Positions 10,628-23,768 of a stretch of 64,000 bases of DNA are shown piece after piece (within the stretch, counting starts at the first letter, position 1; the number at the start of each line of letters is the position of its first letter). The stretch lies in assembly GCA_965112155.1 (NCBI GenBank), contig OZ218105.1; one strand, given 5' to 3'. Below the pieces are notes generated by a model. The model did not search any database, had not been told where the DNA came from, and saw only the letters and a program-made list of their open reading frames with translations. Made by a program: the position numbers and the translations under genes. Source of the stretch: Podarcis liolepis. Its lineage: Eukaryota.

Positions 10628-13442
10628 CTGAAGAGACAGCCTAAACATTCAGAAGACCCAAGGAGAGAGAATAACTCTGAAAATGAGGGAAATCTTTGCA
10701 AGTAATCTTTGATTGACCAGAGCAAATAGCAGCACTGGGTTCAGTGCAAAAACACTATTTTCCTGTTTGAATATTCCTGCAATACTCAACTCTTTTCCAC
10801 TTTTACTTATAGACAAAATGCATCCCCTTACAGAAATGTGATCCCATTCCTGCAATAATATGTAGAACTACTTTCCACAAGATTCCTCGTCACATTATGA
10901 AACCACACTTCCACCTCGCAACTTGGTGCCATCAGGAAAACAGAGTATGAGTGCAGAGACTCAGAGAATGACAGCAGCAATCCACACACTGAATAATGAA
11001 ATGAGTTACATATCTTTCAGGGCCAGCCCTACCATTAGACAATGTTAAGTCCGTATCTCAAGCAACAGATGCTTAGGCACAATGGCAGCAGCCCCTGGCT
11101 GTTCATCCTAAGGTCCTCTGGTCTTTCCCTTCCTTTGGAGAACAGAGTTGTGTGGTGCTTCATAGCATCTCTTTGCACACCAAAGCTATGCTTTTGCCTC
11201 AGACTCATGATGGAGAGCACGATCACATCATCAACGCTGAATTCATCTAAAAGTCCAGTCAGCTTCCATACTTTGAATGGGGGTCACCATCTTGTGCTCC
11301 ACCGAAAACAACAAAATATATTGGGCAAGATCTGGGACCAGTTAGCACAGAAACCCCGTTTAGGGCAATATTCTCCTAGCAAATGCAATGTACTCTGCTG
11401 TAAAATCATGTATGTTTAAGAACTGAAGCACACAATCAGAAGAATCACACGAGCCCCTCTTGCTGGGCTATACCATTTCAGCCTGTAAATGGGAGATTGT
11501 ATGTGTCTCCCTGCAGATACAAAACATACATGTCTGGAGGAGAAAATCCTAGCTTACCTTCTCCCTGACATGCTAGTTGGCGAGGCAAACATCTGCCCTC
11601 CATCCTTCAAACTTCATGGGGGTCCCACGAGATGCAGCGTACAAAATTTTCCTCAAGGAATATTTACAAGGGTTAGCCACTCCACTGTTATACTGAAGTG
11701 CGCTTTGTTAGTATTCCACATTGCTGCTGATGTTGAATCGTAAGACGGAGGAAGGCTATTGTTAAGACAGAAATTGCTTCAATGGATGTGCTGTAATTCC
11801 ACAGAACCTTTACTCTGCCTGCAACAATGGAAACCTATTACTCTAACTATGTAGCCACAGCAGATATTCCATTATATACCACAAAGGGCCACTGTGGCAC
11901 ACACTGAATATGCATCTTAAGACAACGTATAAGAGCTTGCAGTTAATTTCTTCTCCTTCGTGCTAAGGAAGAGAGGTATGGCAGGCCACCTGAGAGCTGC
12001 CTCTTCGGCAATTTATTACCCTCTGCTGTTCCTTGCAGGTTCTAACAGATGACAGCCATTCGCTTTTAACAACATATTGCCTATGTCAACAATGAAATAA
12101 TTTGCTTTATGGTGAGTGTATGATTTCCCCCCCCCCATCTGTATTCCACCTCTGTATGGAAACTCTGTGGCTACTGACCACCAGCTCTCCTATTTTAACA
12201 GCTGTGAATGTACCATGAGGTTTCCCACCCCACCACCCCAGATCCTGGAATCCCTGCAACATGAAATGCATTAGCATGCTAATTGGCCATGAGGGTGTTC
12301 CATTAGTTTTGTTTTATTTTGTTTTGCATTTATTCTAACATATACACTGAATTATCAGACACACTCTTAATCCTGGGGTGCCATCTTGTCTACAGCACAA
12401 CCAGCAGCTACAACAAGAGCACCATATAGCCAGATTTTTAATTTATTTTTGTGATGTATTCCAGTAGTTGAGGCCTAAGGACACTGAAAAGGTATTTGAA
12501 GGAGTTCAGCTTTCCACCTATATTTGCTTCACCCTTGCCATTCCTGGCTTATATAAAGCATCTATCAGGAGAGGACTGACCAACTGGATGCAGAAGATTA
12601 TTTGTTTATTTTATTTTTAACACAAAATGCAATGCTTCCTTGCAGGAAATCATTGATATGATGCCCTAAAATAAATATTCAGTAAACCCAAAGAAATGTA
12701 ACAAATGCTCACCACAAATTTCACCTTGTCAGGTACGATGCTCATGGCAGTGGCTGCTGGGAAATTATTGGGTGGAACCATTTAAATTTAGCTTTGGCAT
12801 GGAACAGGCTTGATCACTCTGATGCATAACCTATCCTGGAATCTGACCTTGCTAATTCTCCTCAAACTTTCAGTGGCTTTCAATACTAGATAGTTCTGAT
12901 GGACTATCTGGGATGGCAACTGACTCCCAGCTGTCCAGTTCTCATTTCGATGGCAGTCTTGAGAAGGCAGTGCCAATGGTGGCTCTTGGTAGCTACGGCA
13001 TGGTGTGCAGCAGGGCTACATCTTGTCCCCCATGCTATGAAATATGTACATGAAACCCCCGGCGACAGTCATCTGGAGAAGTTAGGTGATATATCATAAA
13101 TATGTAGAACATCCAGCACTGTTTCTCTTTTTCATCGGAATCAGGGAATGCTGCAGCTGAGGGCAGTGTCCGGAGGGATGGATGGGCTGAATGAGGTCCA
13201 ATAAGCTTAAGCTTAATCTACACAAGAAGAGGTACTGTTACTAGGTGGTTTTTCTGACTTTGGAGGTCGTGTTCAGCCTTGGCTGAACGGCATTGCACTA
13301 AGGATTAGGACTGCAGTTTGGGGGCGATGCCAGATCTGTCTCTGGAAGTCCAAATGGATTATAGGGGCCTTGGCCCTTTTCACAATCTCTGGCTAGTGCA
13401 ACAGCTACATCACTTCTTCAATGAAACTTGACCACTGGCCTA

Positions 13443-13702
13443 CAGTGGTACCTCGGGATGCGAATGGGATCCGTTCCAGAGCCCCGTTCGCATCCTGAAT
13501 GGAACGCAAGAAGCGACAGCGCATCTGCTCGTGCGCGGGTCGCGTTTCGCCGCTGCTGTGCATGCGCGTGATGTCTTTTTGAACGTCTGCACATGTGCGA
13601 GCGGCAAAACCCGGAAGTAACGCGCTCCATTACTTCTGGGTTGCCACAGAGCGCAACTCAAACGCGCTCAACCTGAAGCACATTCATCTCGAGGTATGAC
13701 TG
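13443..13702. mobile_element. CpG-rich Tigger/pogo-like MITE (family B) inserted in an old L2-like fragment
   Basis: TA|CAGTGGTACCTCGGGATG...CATCTCGAGGTATGACTG|TA. Flanks about 13140-13440 and 13705-13790 resemble decayed L2 ORF2. Confidence 0.85.
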
Positions 13703-14165
13703 TATTTGGGTTAGCTCCTGCTTGAATTACTATAATGCATCGTGCTTTGATTACTGAACATTCTGCACAGCAAGAGTCACCAATATGGTTCCTGTCACTC
13801 ACAGGGTTTTCTCCCTCCACTGAAATTAGGCTTAAAAGAAGCATCCTGCAGTAGTCAATGGGGTGGGTTTCAGTGTGTGCTCAGTTGCAGTGTGCGTGCG
13901 CTGCCTACAACAGTTTTTCTTGCTTGAGCCTAGAAAGGTTCGCAACCTCTGCTGCACACCACCCTGTGCAATACATCCGGTACAAGTATGACCTGCTTGG
14001 ACTTCTGTGATGCTTTGTAAATGTGGAGGCCCTTGCAAGACTCCTTGGGAGCTTCAGTTACAAAATACAGTGGATGGTTTATTAGCAGTTTTTATCTTAC
14101 TTTAGAATATTTACACACCACCCTTTGCAAAGGCTGTTTTATAACAAAATTAGTACATAAAAGTA

Positions 14166-14383
14166 CAGTGGTACTTGGTTCTCGATCTTAATCCATTCCA
14201 GGAGTCTATTCAACTCTGAAACTGTTCTAAAACCAAGGCGCGGCTTCCGATTGGCTACAGGAGCTTCCTGTACTCAATCGGAAGCTGCGTTGGACATTTG
14301 ACTTCCAAAAAATGTTTGCAAACTGGAACACTCACTCCCAGGTTTGCAGTGTTTGGGAGCCAATTTGTTCCAACAACTAAGCC
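14166..14383. mobile_element. Tigger/pogo-like MITE fragment with internal hairpin, right TIR missing
   Basis: TA|CAGTGGTAC start; inverted repeat at 14239-14289. Confidence 0.65.
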
Positions 14384-15451
14384 ACAAAAACACAATTTCT
14401 TAGAAACACACAACAACCAAATAAAAGTTACTAGTAGCACCAACAGCAACAACCAGAACAGCAACCTCCTCCAAACATTCTTCGAAAAAGTCTTCACCAA
14501 TCCCCTAAAGATGTAAACAAATAAGGCTCAGTCTCCCAATGAAGGAGACACCACTGAAAAAGCCCTTTCCTGGGCTCCCACCCACTATGTACCTTATCCC
14601 ACGTAGTGAATATGAGGAGGCCCCATGGGCTGATATGAAAGCACAGGCAGCTCAATATGGAAGGAGGTGTTCTTGCCAGTGAACAAATTCTCCTGCTCAG
14701 CACATTTTTCACTACATTCATCGAAAAGTGCATAAAGTAGCAACTTAGGAAAAACAATTCAAATAAGACACTTAAAAGTTTAGACATCTGCATCTGAATT
14801 CTAGCTGGAAGGCACTGAAGCAAAAAAAAAAAAAAGGAAAGGAGAAAAAAAATAGCCTTTGAAGAGCTGATGATATTATAACACGCAGAAAATGTGCTTC
14901 TTTGGCTATGTACCTAAACAACTGCCTCTATTAAAAACTACGGCACCATTTTGGTTCCAGACGGCATGCAAAATAATTCATAAATGACAAAGATCAGTGG
15001 GCTCGGTGCAGCTGTTGAACGCCTGCACTTTGGCCACCCACTTCAGTGGAATTGAGAGCTTTCGATCAACTCCCAACTCTCACAGGCCTTTGAACAGTTC
15101 CAGAACATGTGTTCAATACTTTGGAAAAAAAATAAAATCTGGAGCCAGCCAAATATGAAGGATTAGCAGGCCAGGCAATCTTGCAAGTGCACCCAAGCAT
15201 CTCCTCCCCATTTTCCGTTGAACTTTTTTTTAATCAAAAGTCTTCATGGGAAACATAAGTTCAACAAAATGATTTCTGCCCTTCCTTCTCAGCTTTTAAT
15301 CTTCACAGATTCTGTAAAAGTAACTCAGAGTATTAGCTACTTGTATTTCTAATTAGCCGATTACATTTGTTACTGCGACAGCCAAATAATTTAATATATA
15401 CCCAAGTCAGAATACAAGCCCAAGTCTTATTTCCAACTTTGGCACTGCCGT

Positions 15452-15484
15452 TGTTTGTTTGTTTGTTTGTTTGTTTGTTTGTTT
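15452..15484. repeat. (TTTG)n microsatellite
   Basis: Read directly. Confidence 0.95.
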
Positions 15485-16225
15485 AATAAGGTTTTCTTTT
15501 CACCTCTTTTAAAAAAGTTGTCAAACACAGGAAAGGAAAAGGAGAAGAAAAAAAGAGGAAGGGAAGGGAAATGAGAACATTATCTCCAAGTTTGTGATCT
15601 AATTAATTCTGGCACAAAACACTAGGAAGGAAGCTAAGGGTTACTGGACTGTGTGGCTTTGAGTTTGTGCGTATGCATGTATATATCCTGTTCCAATCTA
15701 CTGAAAGCCACTTTGTGTATCATTCAATCAAAGGAGAGGATATAATTCTCCTAAATAAATAAACAATCCACATTTGTACCAAGAAATTACCGTATCTTTA
15801 CCCAAAAGGCTGATTTCACTGCCAGCATTTACATTTCGAATGAGGTTGCAATTTTTTTTTTAAAAGAGCACCTTTAATGAGATATTAAATGTTTGAAGCC
15901 AGCGCTGCTCAAGACAAGACAATAATATGGAGAAGATCGAAATGCAATGGTTGGCTGCATGACTAGGAATGATGGAAGATGCAGTCCAACAGCACAACAT
16001 CTGGAGACCATTGCCCTGCATTAAACCACAACATTGTGCAGAATCTCTATGATAACTAAATGAGGGGGGAATTGTCAATTCCAGAGAAAAAGGGCTAGTG
16101 CAGAAGCAAATCTACTCTGAAATAACACTCAGCCAACTATAAGTTGGCTTACAAGTCGTCCTCAATTCTGCTTAAGATATATGAGGAAAAATAGAAACAG
16201 GTCAGCTTTCTGCAGAAACCATTTA

Positions 16226-16429
16226 CAGTGGTACCTCAGGTTAAGAACATTTTGGAGGTCCTGAACCTAAAACTGTTCTTAACCTGAAGCACCACTTTAG
16301 CTAATGGGGCCTCCTGCTGCTGCTGTGCGATTTCTGTTCTCATCCTGAAGCAAAGTTCTTAAACCGAGGTAATATTTCTGGGTTAGCAGAGTCTGTAACC
16401 TGAAGCGTATGTAACCCGAGGTACCACTG
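16226..16429. mobile_element. Tigger/pogo-like MITE family A, copy 3 (internal deletions)
   Basis: Same TIRs and TA TSD as copies 1 and 2; 204 bp. Confidence 0.9.
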
Positions 16430-17207
16430 TACCATTGTTACTATAGTCTTGTATTTAGAATACTTGCATAGTGTATCTACCCACACATCCCAACTTTAGA
16501 ATCTTATCAGCATTAGTTTATGCTGTCATATCATCTAGGTACCTTTGCCACAGCTGCCTCTAGGGTTTGGGTTACCTGCCTTTCAGCACTGCTGACATAT
16601 GCTGCACATCAAAAGATGATGTAACCTGGTACATGAACAATCTCCCATTCATGCATCACTGATGTCATTCCCTTCCTCCCCTCCCATTAGTATAGCAAAC
16701 ATACAGCCTCAAGGAAAAGAGATGTGGCTAAGATATTTCATAAGAGTGTCTTTATAAGCAAGCTGGAACCATGTTCTGCCAGAGCTTGGTGACCAAGAGC
16801 TTGGCTGGAGAAAAGGATGCACATCAACAGCTGCTGATCAGTAATCAATGGCTTTCCTTCCTGGCAGACCTGCCTGTTCTCCAAAGAATACAGGGTTTGG
16901 AGCATTCAGAAATTCCATGCTACTCAAAACACCAAAAGCAGCAGAAAATTAAACAGCATCTAAATAAAACCAAATGCTCTGCAAAATGTCTCGGGAATGC
17001 AGATGCCAGAGATACGATCTTGTGGGGCCCTTCTCTTGCTGGCTTTGCTTGCATTCTGGATTAGATTGGCTGGCGCATGGATTTAATGAAGCCATACTTG
17101 TGAAGTGAAGTGGTACTTTGATACAGTGTTCTGACCTTCACTGACTCCCCTGTGAATTGTAATCTATTGCTGCTAGCGATAGCTGTGTGTATGGGTGCTA
17201 CAAAGTA

Positions 17208-17327
17208 CATAGAATCAGTAGGCCATCTAGTCCTACAATGCAGGAATCCTGTCCACAGCCATCCCTCAGTGAACTCAAACCACCAAGCTTCTCGTTAACA
17301 GTCAGACCCACTGACCCACAGGAAGAC
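17208..17327 (-). mobile_element. SINE with tRNA-Asn-like head and CR1-type tail
   Basis: Minus strand GTCTTCCTGTGGG...CTGTTAACGAGAAGCTTGGTGGTTTGAG resembles tRNA-Asn(GTT), followed by GATTCCTGCATTG body and ATTCTATG tail. Confidence 0.6.
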
Positions 17328-18278
17328 AGTTATGAAGGTTAGGACTCCTGTAACTGGATCTATGAGATATTTTGTTTCAGCAAATACAGTATAGATGTAT
17401 TTAAACCAAGGCTGTATTTTGTTCTTTTCCTGGTTCAGGTTTGCTTGGGTGTTTTGTTTTTCTTTGACAACATGGTACCTCATCTTTTATCTTCATCAGC
17501 AGACAAGACATTAAATTACCAGTTTTATTATATGTGTACGACATGGTGCTTGTGTTCCTTTTAATTGGCGATCTAATCAACGTTCGAATTTGCACATTAG
17601 CAACCCCAGTGGGTCAGGGAGTAAGGCATAAACAATAATAAAGACTACAGCATCAAAACTGCAATGGAAACAAATCAATCTGTTTACCAATGTACAGTGC
17701 TTCATTCAAAGCGTATCATTATTTTCCTATGGATATTCTGAACTTTGAAGCAAAACACAGAAATATAAAGCAATAGGTGAGAGCAAAACAATACTTAGAA
17801 AATAATATGGATTAAGTAACCATTTGAATGGGAATCTTAGGTTTATTATTTCCTAAGGGAGGAGCTGGGGTGGGGAAAGTGTGCGAGCTGTGCAGAAGTA
17901 GGGGTGATATGTTGCATGAATGGTCCTTTGTTAGGTGTGGGGAGAAGAGATGAGAAAACAGGAGCTGTGCAACAGGCAGCAGGGGTTGGTATGCAGCTGG
18001 CTCTGATGGGCCTTTGCTGATCATTGCTGGAGGCAGGGAATAATCTTGTTCCATCTGCAGTTGTGCATCAACAGACCCTCAACAGACCTTTCAAACCTCA
18101 AATGGATTGGTTTGTGAGGACTGGGATTGACCTTTTGCCTCTAACCAAGGTAAAGGGGGGAAATGGCCTGTGTGTGTGTGTGTTGGCAGAAGGAGAGAGG
18201 CAAGCTATCTGCAACGATAACTGATTCTTTGGGGTTGGGAGTTTCTAGTGTTATTGGAGTTTGCCTTCTCCAAACAGG

Positions 18279-19143
18279 ACTCCAACAGAATGGGAAACAA
18301 AGGTTGAGTTGGTCAAAGCTTCAATGACACACCGGATAACGAAAATAAGGCATAACATTGACCTAAATCTTTGGGAGAAACTTTGGAAGAATGATTTGAA
18401 ATTTATTGCATGCTATACACTGAAAGAGAATAATATGAAAATGATTCATAGATGGTACCAAACTCCAAGTAGATCGGCTAAGATGTATAAAGCAGAATCG
18501 GATCTGTGTTGGAAATGTAAAGAAACAGAGGGAACCTTTTCCACATGTGGTGGCCATGCAAAAAGGTTAAAGAATACTGGGAAATGATTTATAAAGAGAT
18601 GGAAAAAAATGTTTAAAACAGCCTTCCCAAAAAGTCCGGAGGCATTTTTGTTAGGAATGGTGCAGACAGAAGTCCCCAGGTATCAGAGAAACTTATTTAT
18701 GTACGCAACAACAGCTGCTCGCATTTTGTTAGCCCAAAAATGAAAAGTGAGAGAGGTCCCGGGTAAGGAGGATTGGCAACTTAAGATGATAAAATATGTG
18801 GAACTAGAAGGTTTAACGAATAGACTAAGAGAGCAAGAAGAATATTTATTTAAAGAGGAATGGAACATTTTTGCTGACTATATGGAAAATAACTGTACAT
18901 TTCTGAAAACGCTAGCATTAAGATAAATTCAACAGTTTAATTAATAATTGAATGAATACTTGAATAACTGAATTGACTGGAGAACCGTCAAAAATGGACG
19001 TAGTAAAATATGCAAGAATAATAGATAAACAAAATGAACCGGGGAAGGGGAAGAAGGGAAGTCATTGAATACATGGTATTATGTAAATGTTTATTTTGAG
19101 ATGTTAAAATGAAAACTTAATAAAAATTATTTATAAAAACAAA
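18279..19143 (+). mobile_element. 5'-truncated L1-clade LINE (ORF2 C-terminus with cysteine-rich knuckle, 3'UTR, A-rich tail)
   Basis: Peptide MIHRWYQTPSR...LCWKCKETEGTF with a frameshift and a stop, AATAAA plus A-rich tail, candidate TSD CAAACAGG at 18271-18278 and 19144-19151. Confidence 0.85.
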
Positions 19144-19309
19144 CAAACAGGCCTTCTATAGGCCTCCCCTGCCTGTTAAAAAGGCCACTCTCCAATACCA
19201 TTTAATTTAGTATTGGTAAAGCAATCTAAGCACTGCCCATAGTCTTAGTCACATTAAATTCCATCAGTTATCATCAGGTATGTCAAGGTCCAAGGAGATG
19301 GTGTGTGTA

Positions 19310-19522
19310 CAGTGGTACCTCGGGTTACATACGCTTCAGGTTACAGACTCCGCTAACCCAGAAATAGTGTTTCAGGTTAAGAACTTTGCTTCAGGAGAAC
19401 AGAAATCATGCTCCAGCGGTGCAGCAGCAGCAGGAGGCCCCATTAGCTAAAGTGGTGCTTCAGGTTAAGAACAGTTTCAGGTTAAGTGGAATGAATTAAG
19501 TACTTAACCCGAGGTACCACTG
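19310..19522. mobile_element. Tigger/pogo-like MITE family A, copy 4 (opposite orientation)
   Basis: Reverse complement of copies 1-3, TA TSD. Confidence 0.9.
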
Positions 19523-19574
19523 TACATGAAATCATTTGTACACCTCAATTAAAGGATATGTGTATATATGCATA

Positions 19575-19622
19575 CGGACGTGGGTGGCGCTGTGGGTTAA
19601 ACCACAGAGCCTAGGGCTTGCC
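19575..19622 (+). mobile_element. Sauria SINE (Squam1-type) 5' head fragment only
   Basis: GGACGTGGGTGGCGCTGTGGGTTAAACCACAGAGCCTAGGGCTTGCC matches the Sauria SINE 5' end as recalled. Confidence 0.7.
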
Positions 19623-20488
19623 CAAAAGGCCTTTCAACACCCCTTCTGTTCCAATGCAGGCATGCCTTGCACACAGTTTTGCCCAGACTCTTATGACTTG
19701 TTCTGGCCTAACTGAATTTATTTATCCTGTCCACCCTTAAGTCTCTTAAGCTTTAGGATCAAAGAACTCCAGCACTCTGGGTATAAAAACAGCTGATAGT
19801 GAACACTTAATTTGACTTTCACAAAATAATAAACAGAAGAGTTTAGCACAGAGAACGAACCCCAGTCTAAAAGGCAAAGAAAAACAACCCATTGTTGTAC
19901 AGGTTTTAATATTTATTGAACTAAACTGAATGCATTGATCTCATATAGCTCGAGCTGAGTCATCAGTTTAGTGATGGAGACAAGTCAAGGCAAAACTAGT
20001 TCACTTGTGCCCAAAATTGTGCTGATTTCTCATCCACTTATAGCTAATTGTGCCTTGTTGTAGCTGTCTTATATTAACGTTAACTATAATCAAGTGTTGG
20101 GTTCTTGCTTAATATTGTGCTGGTTTTATTGTTGTGAGCCATCCAGAGGGCATACCTGGCTATAGGGCTGGGGCATAAATTTAATTATACCACCAAAATA
20201 TTAAAGCAGCTGGCAGTGATGTGCACTTTTAACTGCTACTTCAGAGCAGATGTCTATCTCCTCTAACATCATGCTTCCTACAAAGGCCAAAGCTCATTCC
20301 CACTGTTGCTTCTCAGCCACTGGGTCTTAGCAATCTGCTTAGAGCATAACACAAAACTATGGTTAGTATTGAATGCAGAAACTTTGGGCTGATGTGCTTC
20401 TCCTCCTTCTCCAGTGCAAACCCAAGGAGATCAGAGCATTCCCTTCTGTTTTCAATGTTATGATTTATCATTATGTCCAAACCTGAAA

Positions 20489-20587
20489 CTATGGTTAATC
20501 TTAACGATGGTTTAGGAAAACAAGCCAGGATCAGCCACAGTTTGAAGCTGGCTTGTTCCCCTAAACCACAGTTAAGATCAACCACAG
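20489..20587. repeat. Long inverted repeat (40-bp arms, 19-nt loop), probably the core of a palindromic MITE
   Basis: Arms 20489-20528 and 20548-20587 are 34/40 complementary. Confidence 0.85.
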
Positions 20588-20867
20588 CTGCTGATAAAAT
20601 ATTAAGCTGCACTTAAGATTGCACATATTTTCCTGTTGTCTGAAGGCTCAGAGCAGATTAATGTCAAGTTAATGTGGGCAAGAGGAAGCAGCCTAAGCAG
20701 GTGGCAAATCTCTACATGTCATCCACTGGGGTGCAGATCCACCTGCTATCTAGAAAGCATTAAGTTAATCATCTTCAGTAAAAATATCAGCTAAGCAATC
20801 ATGTGCTAGGTATAGAGCTAAAAAGCCACTCAGAACAAATGTATGATTATCTGCCTTTGCTATTGTA

Positions 20868-21128
20868 CAGTCATACCTCGGGTTGCAAACGTGATCCGTG
20901 CGGGAGGCACGTTCACATTCCACAGCATTCGCAGCCTGAAGCGCAGCGTCTGTGCCTGCGTGTGACGCAATTCAGTGCTTCTGTGAATGCATGTGACATT
21001 ATTTTGCGCTTCTGTGCCTGCGCGAGCTCCGAAACCTGGAAGTAACCCGTTCCAGTACTTCCGGGTTTGGCACCGTCCGCAACCCAAAAATGTGCAACCC
21101 GCAGCGTTCGTAACCCAAGGTATGACTG
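20868..21128. mobile_element. Tigger-like MITE (family C)
   Basis: TA|CAGTCATACCTCGGGTT...AACCCAAGGTATGACTG|TA. Confidence 0.9.
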
Positions 21129-23164
21129 TACCTTTCTACTCATAGATTTATTTCAAACCCCCCCCCAAAAAAAAACCCAAGCAAAGACCACTCTTTCCTC
21201 ACCTTACAATCTTTCAAAAATCCAGGGAGATCTGGTTAGTATAAACTATGGTTTGTTCAAGCAAGGACAGGATCAAACCATGGTGCAATGATCCTAGTTC
21301 CTCTTCAAACGATTGTTCAAACTAAACTAACGCACACTGCAAAGCAGCTCCAGAGATTTGGGACAGAACAGTGTGTATGCTACAGATAGAAGGGGGCATC
21401 AGTAAAAGCAATCTACTCTTCTCTGCTGTTAGTTGACATCTCTATTGGATCAAAAGTTCTCCTCTGAATGCAAGGACACCAGTTAACTTCAACTCTTGTC
21501 TTTAGCTTAGCTACACAATCAGCAGAATCACAACATGTAGCTACTGCTGAGCTATGCTACTTCAGAATACAAGTTGGGATGCTCAATGAATCCTCCTATA
21601 CACACACACACACACACACACACACTTATATATATATCTCCAGAAAAATAAAATCTTCTGGAACACAGAAAAGCAAAACTGATCTCTGTGCCATGCAAGT
21701 TTCCCTGAGAATATTAAAAAAAAGTTTAAACATGCAACACCTGCCCTCCTTCGGTAAAACAAAAAAACAAAAAACTGTGCTGTGAAACAGTCTAGTCAAG
21801 TGCAACTATGTGACAAAATTCTGGTGAGTATGTGGCTTTGCTCTAATTTTAATCCAAGGCATGTGTGTGTGGTCTACCATGAAGAATCACAAAATGTGAA
21901 CTAATTTGCAAGTGGCGTAATAAAACGAGTCTTTCTAATTACTGGGTCCTCACTTCATATTTTTAAAAAATGCTACACATGGCTGAAAAGAATAAAGTCA
22001 CACATATTCCATATTGGAAAGAAGAAAGTATGTTAGAGCTCTAAAAACATTTAGAAATATGCATAATGTTGTAAGATTTTGTCAAAATCCTTAGGGGACA
22101 CACTAAGAAAATTGTGATTAAAACTACGCACACATTTTAAAGGTGAAAAGGCAGCCATCTTGGGCAGTTGGTTTTGGGAGCAATGAAAGGGCAGAAAGAA
22201 TGTTATTTAATTTAAAATTGTTGGATTTTTACTGCCAGGGAAAGGAAGAAGTGCTTGCAGGATTTTCTGCCTCAGGTGCCAAAATAAAATGACCAGTCTT
22301 GGAGGCTGCATCTTGATGGAGAGGGAACATTTGCTATTCCATCTCAGACAGCAAAATATCTTAGGACACCCATGAAAACCCAGATCAAAGAAAAGCTGCC
22401 ATGGAGATTTCATGGGAACTAGATAGAACACATGTCCTTTTCCATTTTATCTCCTCTTTGCCCCAACATCTGCTTTACTCATATGACAAATGGTGATGCT
22501 TGTTCTCCTTCTAATGCCATAATTTTGCCATCAATATTTACATCACTTCGCTAACAAAAAGGCATACTTTCAGTCCATATCAGAATGCAACTTAAGAAAG
22601 GATTGTTTCTGTCTGATAAACCAAATTTATACAATTTTCTCAGTCAAATTCCTATCAACTTCTAAAGGAGCTGGGTTTTAATAAACTATTTTTCATTAAT
22701 GTTTCTGCCATTCCAAGCTCCCCTTTTCATCTGCTTGACATGCTCTGTCAGACTGATCGTCATCATTCCAGTTCTGGGAAAGTTGATCAACCACAGGCTC
22801 TTCTGTCGGAGATAAGAGGCTAATGATAACTCATCATCATGACGACAGGCTTGAAACAATTTACTGCTGCAATGAGAAAGCAAGCACAGGTTGGTGGTGC
22901 ACAGATGCCTTCTCGGGAAACGGGGCTTTCAAAATGCTTATCTTCCCACCTCATTTGTTGGATGAATGAATGTTGCCTACAACGCAGGCTTAAATGTCAT
23001 CGTGACACATCACACATGCAAGCAAACAGCAAGTATATCAATGAGAAAATCAATAGGGAAAGAGTAGCCAGTAATTACATGTCACTGATATTTTCCATAT
23101 TTTAGCTCTTTCCCCCTCTGTTCTTCAAAACGGCCTCGTGTTATTTCAAACACAACTAGAAGCT

Positions 23165-23768
23165 TGTAGCCAAAAGAACTGGCTTGTTAGCTCAAATCAG
23201 CAGGTGAAATTCAGCCTCCAGCCCCTCACTCAACTGACTCTTGGGTACTAGGATTCTCGTCGTCCAATGATGAGGCTTTTCCTGGCACAGGGATAGACTG
23301 AGGAAGACTTCACCTACGTATATTCTTTCAACCAACCCTCTCAAGACTTCAGTTTCTCCACTCACTGTTCCCTTCCTCAGAGGCAAAACTAGGCTTTATT
23401 TCACTCAAGTCGAAGACCCAGTTTGGCACACCCACCCTACTCACAGTTTGGCACACCCACCCACACTCAATGGCACTCCTCTGGAGGCTTCACCTGAGGC
23501 AAAATACTTGGCTAGCCCCCCTGTAAATACGGCTTCCTACAATCACTCTGCCTGTAGTCTCGCCCGAACTTCACTTTTCATCCTACTGTGATCTCTTCCT
23601 ACTCAGCGTTCTTGACTTCAACCTGACTTTTCCTCCCATCATTGCAATGTGATGATTTACTCCCTGGTGACATATAGACTCTTGCTGAATATTGTCCTGA
23701 AATGCTGGTGAAAATTCCTTATATCATACTCACTCAAGACTAGTGGAGTCAAAGGCTTCCTTGCCACA
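23165..23768 (-). mobile_element. Possible solo LTR with internal ~25-bp tandem duplication
   Basis: TGTAGCCAA...TTGCCACA termini, minus-strand AATAAA near 23395, duplicated CAGTTTGGCACACCCACCC. No TSD found. Confidence 0.3.

Noticed and set aside
22686-22883. Possible coding exon on the minus strand
   Set aside because: Acceptor-like site present but no clear donor and no recognisable protein.
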